From an uncultured Nitrososphaerales archaeon (lineage in GTDB: Archaea; Thermoproteota; Nitrososphaeria; Nitrososphaerales; Nitrososphaeraceae), in assembly GCA_963713605.1 (NCBI GenBank), contig CAVQMO010000005.1, forward strand, positions 128,001-192,000: 64,000 nt of DNA. Direction: 5' to 3'. The translations under genes and the position numbers were made by a program. The first letter of the stretch is position 1, and each line of letters opens with the position of its first letter. The notes under the pieces were generated by a model. It did no database searches. It was not told the DNA's origin and saw nothing but the letters and a program-made list of their open reading frames with translations. Shown here one piece after another: positions 57,349 to 64,000 of this stretch.

Positions 57349-58262
57349 AATGTATAGATCAATGTACTCCAAAAGATCTCTGATCCCCGGTATCTGGATA
57401 GCGATAACTACTCTTGCACTATTTGTAGTTGTAGGTTCAGTATCATTTGATAATGCTAAAAATGTGTATGCAGCAAAGGATCTAAACGTAAGAATCTCAG
57501 TAGATGACGATCAAATAGAAAAAGGAAACACACAGAAGATTACCGTTACTGTAACAGAAGATGGCAATTCCAACGATCGAGATCTCTGGAGCTGATGTTA
57601 AACTTACTGTGTATCCCCCAGAAACTGACACGACCACAGCCAACGATGAGACAGATGAAAATGGAAAGGCTAATTTCGATGTAAAAATATCTGATAATGC
57701 GGAGTATGGAACGTACGAGGTAAAAGCGAAGGTTTCCAAAGATAGTTTTGATACAAAGACTGAAGATTCGTCATTTGAAGTAACTGGCTCAGGAAATAAC
57801 GATAACGACGATTCAAATGATGGGGGTCATGAGAATGACAACGGTAAGAAGGGTGATGACAATAACGGAGGACATGATAGTGACAATGGAGGGAGCAATG
57901 GCGGAGAAGGTAACAATCAAGCTCTTTCACAAGGGAATGCTTGTGGTAACGGCGTTCTTTCAACCAATATCTTATGTCAGAACGTAGCGAATCAATTACA
58001 AGGTGATGGAAATGCAATTAACATTATAGCAGTCCAAAATGGAGGAGGAGATGACGAAAGCGGAGCCGAGAATGGTGTAGGCAGTCCACCATTAGCACCC
58101 TTACCCTCATCGTCAGCCCAGCCAACTCAGCATGCCATTCATCAACCTCAGGTGCCTACTAATGGATCGACAAATGATGATTCAACTGAATCGATAGTGG
58201 ACCAGTACGTGCAGACTAGACTTAATCATGCTATAGAAACTAGGCTAAACTATCTTAAATAA
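57349..58262 (+). CDS. Secreted protein with Ig-like domain, D/G/N-rich linker and CGNG...CQN domain; one frameshift
   Basis: ORF 57293 (signal peptide) continues into ORF 57561. Confidence 0.7.
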
Positions 58263-58557
58263 AACCATGAATCTTAACAGTTGACAATTCTGCCATCCAA
58301 TTGTTAATGAGAAATACCGAAACTACAGCTACTGACAAGATAAAAACCTAAGAATTGGGGTCAATCGTAATCAGATAAGACTCCGACCATATTTTTTGTT
58401 TTCTTCTAGGGCATTTTAAGTTGATGCCTCCCAAGTGCATTAGCGACATAGACTAGCCAATCCCCAAGAGTTGTTTAACACACTAGGTTAATTGGGTGTT
58501 TACTAGTGATATAGCTATTACGAGAGGTTCTTCAGGTGGAGATACTTGCCAAATTTA

Positions 58558-58903
58558 TTATACCATTTTAGTTTCTGTTCTACTTTGCTTCCTATTGATT
58601 TTCAGTTCCTTAGCAATCCACATGAGTGTTGATAGAGTATACACAGGGATGTAATCTCCGACAAAAGGGATGAATTCAATCATGTTCACAGCAGTGGACA
58701 TCTTGCTTCTCGTAATGTTATACAGCAAACTGACAATGACTGCATCAAATATATCTCCCAAAATTGGAATTCCGAAGAGAGGAGCTGCCAAAATAGTCTA
58801 GAGCATCAGCCACGACGGATATGAAGAGCGCAGAAGTTGCTCTAATTTTGAATAAAGAGTTATCTGCAGAACCATTTTGTTTAATTATTCCTAGGGTTCT
58901 CAT
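58558..58903 (-). CDS. Small membrane protein, one frameshift
   Basis: MRTLG...SVVADALDY / AAPLFGIPILGDIFD...EFIPFVGDYIPVYT. Confidence 0.6.
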
Positions 58904-60204
58904 GTACAAGATAGGATATCATCGTATATATAGATATCACTAGCGATACGACCCGTTTGTAATCAAGCCATACTCAAAATGCTCGTCATCATGCGATCTC
59001 CATTGTGGCTTCAATACGTCAATGTCAAGTTCCCATAATCTTAATCGTCCAATATTGAATCACCAAATAGTCAACCTCTTTTTACATTCGTGCTAATTGA
59101 TAATTATAGCTTGAGTATTCTCGGATGGTTATCAGCACAGTTAGACTGACAATCGCAATCGCTTTGATCTTGGGTTTGATATCGGCAGTACTATATGTAA
59201 CTACCCAGAGTATGCAAGTCTCGCCAACCTAACGAACTTTTAGAAAGTCGCCAGCAACGGTGCGCAGATCCTCAAGAGTGTACTCCTTCACCTGCAACAG
59301 CGCCGAATATCCGTTCGATCTTTTTGTTTGTTTATTGAAAGAAGGGGGTATAGCAGGTATAAGCGAGAGAATATCTTATGATTCTTTTACAATGCAACTA
59401 ATTTTCGTCAGAGGCCTGGGAGGCGCAGAGGAGGGTCAGATAGTGAAAATTACACAAGGAACAGAAGATAACCAAAAGAATCTGATAAGAAACAATAATT
59501 TGAAGAGGACTCAATCAAACTGTGCTCGTACTTGGAGTCTGCTTTCGATTGCATTGAAACTAAGCTCGCCCTTCCCACTTCAATTGCAGTCGCAGGAAAT
59601 TTGGTGGAATTGGTAAGCTCCTTTTATTAAAAAGACTGCTCTTTAATCGCTCATGCCGTGAACTTGTATTTATCTTCCTACATGGATTAAGAGAAAAACC
59701 GAGAGGCTTTAGCAAAGGAGTTATTTGAAGATGTAATGTATCTGTGCATTGTTGTTGTCTAAAGCGAAACATTTCAAGTGATCGAAAGGAGATCCTTTAG
59801 CTGCTTTTATGCTTGGTACACCAATACAAGGTGCAGTAGGATTACAGAGCGTTTTTGTTAGTAATATCTTTGAACCAAAATCTTCAATTGAAAGAAATTA
59901 CACTCATCCTGTCAACTGGTAGTTCAGAAAGGATTGTCCACCAGGACCAAGCGCTTAAAATTGCAATACAGCGAAGATCCTTTAGAGGGACAGGACAGTT
60001 AATAAAATCGCTTATAAAAGACAGAACGATAAAATATCGAATTGGAAAGGTTTAGCTGGAGCGAGAAAATTTTGTCCTATCAATTGATTACTTATAATGT
60101 TGCGAGCGCTAGTAGGCGTAATGTAAAAAAGTTGAATCTAGATAACGCTAATAGTGCCTTTGATTTTCCACAAGGCACTGTCGTAACCATGAGGTAGTTT
60201 TGAC

Positions 60205-60918
60205 ATGTCTTCTGCATCGTACAACCCAAAGGACTACTGGATAGAACAAGGAAAGGTCTACAAGAATAATTTTAGGTACAACAACAAATTTGAATTACAG
60301 GAGCGCTTTCTGATTGAATACTTAACAACTAACATATTTACTACAATAAATCCCGAGGACAAGCCAGTAGAATTGTCAGTTCTAGAGGTAGGCTGCGGAT
60401 TCGGTCGGATTACTCGATTGATTCTTGCAAACTTCGGCAAATTAATTACTAAGTATGTAGCAGTTGATCTGTCACCTGACCAGATTAGAAACGCTAAGCA
60501 GTTCGTCGAAGATTCCTATCTAGAAGGTAGGGACGTGCCGATTAATTCCGAAATTGAAAGCAGGGAAGTTGAACGTTTGGAATTTGTTGTATCTGATATT
60601 CAGTCACTGAGTTCTAATCAGAGATACGACCTGGTGCTTGCTTGCGAGGTTCTCCTACACGTGCTTCCCTCTGAAATCGAACAGGTCGTTCAGCACCTAA
60701 CAGGGATGTCTAGTAAACATGTCATAAACGTAGATTGGTATGAAGAGGAGGCGCCCAAAAAAATTGCCCCACACAATTTCATTCATCGGTATGAAGAGAT
60801 TTATGCAAACATTCCATCGGTGAAGCGAGTTCGTAGAATTCCAATTGTAAAGAAAGGGAAGCTTTCAAAATTGGATACCAAACAATCGATATTTCATGCT
60901 CCAAAGGAAGAAGATTGA
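60205..60918 (+). CDS. Class I SAM-dependent methyltransferase
   Basis: VLEVGCGFGR, AVDLS, YDLVLA.EVLLH. Confidence 0.9.
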   Translation: MSSASYNPKDYWIEQGKVYKNNFRYNNKFELQERFLIEYLTTNIFTTINPEDKPVELSVLEVGCGFGRITRLILANFGKLITKYVAVDLSPDQIRNAKQFVEDSYLEGRDVPINSEIESREVERLEFVVSDIQSLSSNQRYDLVLACEVLLHVLPSEIEQVVQHLTGMSSKHVINVDWYEEEAPKKIAPHNFIHRYEEIYANIPSVKRVRRIPIVKKGKLSKLDTKQSIFHAPKEED

Positions 60919-61147
60919 ACGGATCTTTACTTCACACACAATTACAGGAATGAGGTATATAAGTGAGAATAGGAAATGCCGGCTTCTTTTATGCAACGTC
61001 ATATTTAGTCAGGGTACTGATTTCATCTTGCATTCGATCGAATTTTTGAAGCCAATATCTTGCAAGTAACGTACCATTTGAGGCAAGTGATCTCCGAAGG
61101 ACAATATGACTCTTCTATGCTTGGAAGATTGAGTATTTTCTGAAAAT

Positions 61148-62158
61148 TCAAGACTTTGGGCCTTCTACCATCGTCATTATTTCCGTTTTCAGCTCACTAC
61201 ATCTGTTTCTGATTGTAACATCTGTAACTCCGGCAATATCTGCGAAATATCGCTGTGTCTTGGTGTCGTCTCCGTATTGCTGACAGATCAGGTAAAGTAC
61301 AGCGGCTGCCAGCCCCATAGGGTCCTTGCCGGCAGACAGTTCTTTTTTGATGATCTCATTCATGACCCTTATAGAATGCCGCTTCACCTTTTCGCCGACG
61401 CCCGTAGAGTTAGCGAGTCTAACCAGGTAGTGCATTTGGTCTATTGATGGCATCTTCAAATCAAACTTCAATACTATTAGCCTATATGCGCTAGAGATTT
61501 CCTTACACGTAATGTTGTTGGCTCTAGCAACATCAGTTAGAGTCCTTGGAATACCAACCTGTCGGCAAGCAATGTATACACATGCCGCTAATACGGCTTG
61601 AGTTGTCCTTCCCCTTACCAACTTATTAAGTTGAACTTTTCTGTAGATGCGTGCGGTTCTGTCAATTACTGAGTACTGCAATCCTAATTTTTCTCTGCAT
61701 CTTCTAATCAAAGAAATCACTTGATTTAGGTTCCTCGTTTCAGAGTCAAACTGCACTATGTGATCCCACTTTCTCAAATTCGACAACTTTTCATGTAACC
61801 TCGGATCCAAACGTCTCCCTGATGCATCGCGGTTTTCCTTGCCTATGACTGTGGACAAATTTGTGAACGGCAGATTTAATGAGAAAGAAACATTTACCCG
61901 ATCCCGCGTGAAACTCTGTACATCATGATGATTCATGTCCCAAGTTGGGGATATTTGGAACATCCTGTTTGTAATAACTGTTCCACACCCGACACAGATA
62001 ATCTCTCCCGACTCCGGATCGGCGACGACCGAAGAATGCTTTTCCCCATCGCAGTACTTGATTACCTCATTTCGCGGCGACACAAGCCTTCTACACATAC
62101 TCATGTACGCGAATCGAGGATTTAATACCTTTGACGCCATTGTGAGGAGGCATCTCAA
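61148..62158 (-). CDS. tfb: Transcription initiation factor IIB (TFB paralog)
   Basis: DPESGEIICVGCG, RGR....AACVYIACR, GKDPMGLAAA.LY, AGVTDVTIRNR. Confidence 0.95.
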   Translation of the reverse strand: MRCLLTMASKVLNPRFAYMSMCRRLVSPRNEVIKYCDGEKHSSVVADPESGEIICVGCGTVITNRMFQISPTWDMNHHDVQSFTRDRVNVSFSLNLPFTNLSTVIGKENRDASGRRLDPRLHEKLSNLRKWDHIVQFDSETRNLNQVISLIRRCREKLGLQYSVIDRTARIYRKVQLNKLVRGRTTQAVLAACVYIACRQVGIPRTLTDVARANNITCKEISSAYRLIVLKFDLKMPSIDQMHYLVRLANSTGVGEKVKRHSIRVMNEIIKKELSAGKDPMGLAAAVLYLICQQYGDDTKTQRYFADIAGVTDVTIRNRCSELKTEIMTMVEGPKS

Positions 62159-62374
62159 AATTTAGTTCAAGGACAACTTCTTGAATGAAAAATAAGTTGT
62201 CGATTCGTCCTCATGATACTTAATTCAATATCATGATGCCCGCCGTGGAAAATTCGATACTTTGACAAACCGAATTCGAACCTAAATCTAGTAGGTCGCA
62301 GGAATTATTCTCCTGTTATCAAATGTGAGTGAGATCCTGTGCCAAGCTTGCCTTCATCCACTTACCAGAATACC

Positions 62375-63992
62375 TCATACATCATAGTACATATAAAATT
62401 GCTGAAGTTTCGATTCACTTTTTCCCTCAAACCCTCGTACCTGAGAAATTTCATCCTGCTTAAGATCAATGTAGGTTCCAAGGCATTCGTCGTTGAAACA
62501 TGTATTAGTTAAATAGAGGTGATCACTTTTCAGTGAGGCAATGGATTCTTCAAGACTCCCTGGAACTGATTTAATCCCTAAGTCATTTCTTCGTGAATCA
62601 GACATCTTGTAAATGTTCTCATCAACAGGATCTCCAGGATCAATTTTTCTCTTCATGCCATCCAAACCAGCGGCTACAATAGCGGAGAATGCCAAATACG
62701 GATTACAAGAAGGATCAGGTGCCCTAAACTCTATACGTTTTGAATCCCTGCTAAGTTTGTCGTTAATAGGTATTCTCACAATCGCCGACCTATTTCCTCT
62801 AGACCAGGCTATGTAAACTGGCGCTTCAAACCCAGGAACCATTCGGTAATACGAGTTGACGGTGGGAGACGTTATCGCGACTAGCGATCTGGAGTGATCC
62901 AGGATGCCCCCGATAAAATATCTGCCCGACTGGCTGATGTTAGCATACTCATCATCTCCATCAAAGAAAATATTTTGGCTAGATAAGGTCTTACTAGAAG
63001 CGGAGTGTCTGGAAGATGCGGAGGGCGATGACGAGGATTTATCCCATAGACTCACGCTCACATGCATTCCCGAACCGTTATCTGCTTTAGCACCTGCAGG
63101 GTCAGTCTCATCGAACAAGGGTTTTGGCATGAAGTTTGCGATTTTATTGTGTCTTTTGGCTACGTTCCTTACAACGTCCTTATAGATTTGAACATTATCC
63201 GCAGCATCCGTAAGCTTGCTATGCATGAAATTGATCTCCATTTGTCCTGTGCTTGCAACTTCGTGATTCAAGTTTGTGACCTTTATTCCATAATACTTCT
63301 TCAGGAGGTTTGCAACTTCGAACCTAAATTCTACGAGAGAATCTTGGAATGGAGGTGCATCATAGCCCCCCTTTCTGTTTATTGGATACTTCCCTACACC
63401 GTACCTGCTCTTCAGACACAATCATATTTGATGCTGAAGATTGTGAGTTAGCGACGGATTCACTATCTTTATCGATGGAATGTCTCTGTCCACCAATAAC
63501 ATTCTCTACGTTATCCCGAAATGAAATATCATCAAATACGAAGCATTCCACTTCGGGCCCAATTTGACATGTCAAATTCGACTCCGCGAGAAATTCTTCC
63601 ATGTTTTCTGAGACGAATCTCGGGTCTTTAGATAGGCGTCCGAAGCCAAAGCCTTTGTGGACATTAGCAATTACCGAACCAAGAGTGAAGTTAGTAAAAA
63701 ATGGATTTAATCTCAATGTATGCCTATCAGGGACTAGAAGAAGATCTGATTCATTTATTTCTGCGAATCCCTTTACTGAGGAACCGTCTAGTCCAATGCC
63801 CTTTTTTAAAAACCCATATAGCTCATCATAGTCGCTCATCACGTATTTAGCCATAAATTTTCCAAGTAGATCAGTGTACCTAAACTGAAGAAACTCGATA
63901 CGTTGTAATTCTTCTGAAAATCCTATGCTACGATTAGCATCAACGTCTGTGATGTATGTATCATAATCACTTCCTTTGGGATGGTATGACAA
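62375..63992 (-). CDS. glnA: Glutamine synthetase type I, one frameshift near 63415
   Basis: FRYTDLLG, DGSSVKGF, GPEVECF, HEVA..Q.E, FMPKP...NGSGMH, NRSA.VRIP, RIEFRAPDPSCNPY. Confidence 0.95.
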
Positions 63993-64000
63993 TTTACTAT

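Overview
AT-rich archaeal DNA whose gene content (TFB, leaderless genes about 23-25 nt after TATA boxes, orphan receiver domains, lineage-typical sensor kinase and secreted proteins) points to a soil ammonia-oxidising archaeon (Nitrososphaeraceae; inference). About 1.7-14 kb is a gene-poor, decayed accessory island. It holds five divergent, 5'-truncated fragments that all end at the same stop codon (consensus ...HDD..DAFR.SL.FWH*, resembling a terminase large-subunit nuclease C-terminus), interleaved with cargo: cadD, a collagen-like gene, Zn-finger microproteins and repeated promoter+hairpin units. At 25.6-29.4 kb are two divergent paralogous operons, each a tiny secreted peptide (…NMT…G[S/N][I/V]SG + 5 variable residues) followed by a ~450-aa multipass membrane protein; this is a candidate peptide-receptor signalling system. 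The window also has a giant S8 protease with about 30 Cys-rich 21-aa repeats, a MinD-like ATPase beside a KaiC/RAD55-class III cyclase fusion, ABC sulfonate/nitrate-type transporter parts, a rhomboid, tfb and glnA. Many genes, including glnA, carry single-base frameshifts, probably sequencing indels. No rRNA, tRNA or CRISPR array was seen.
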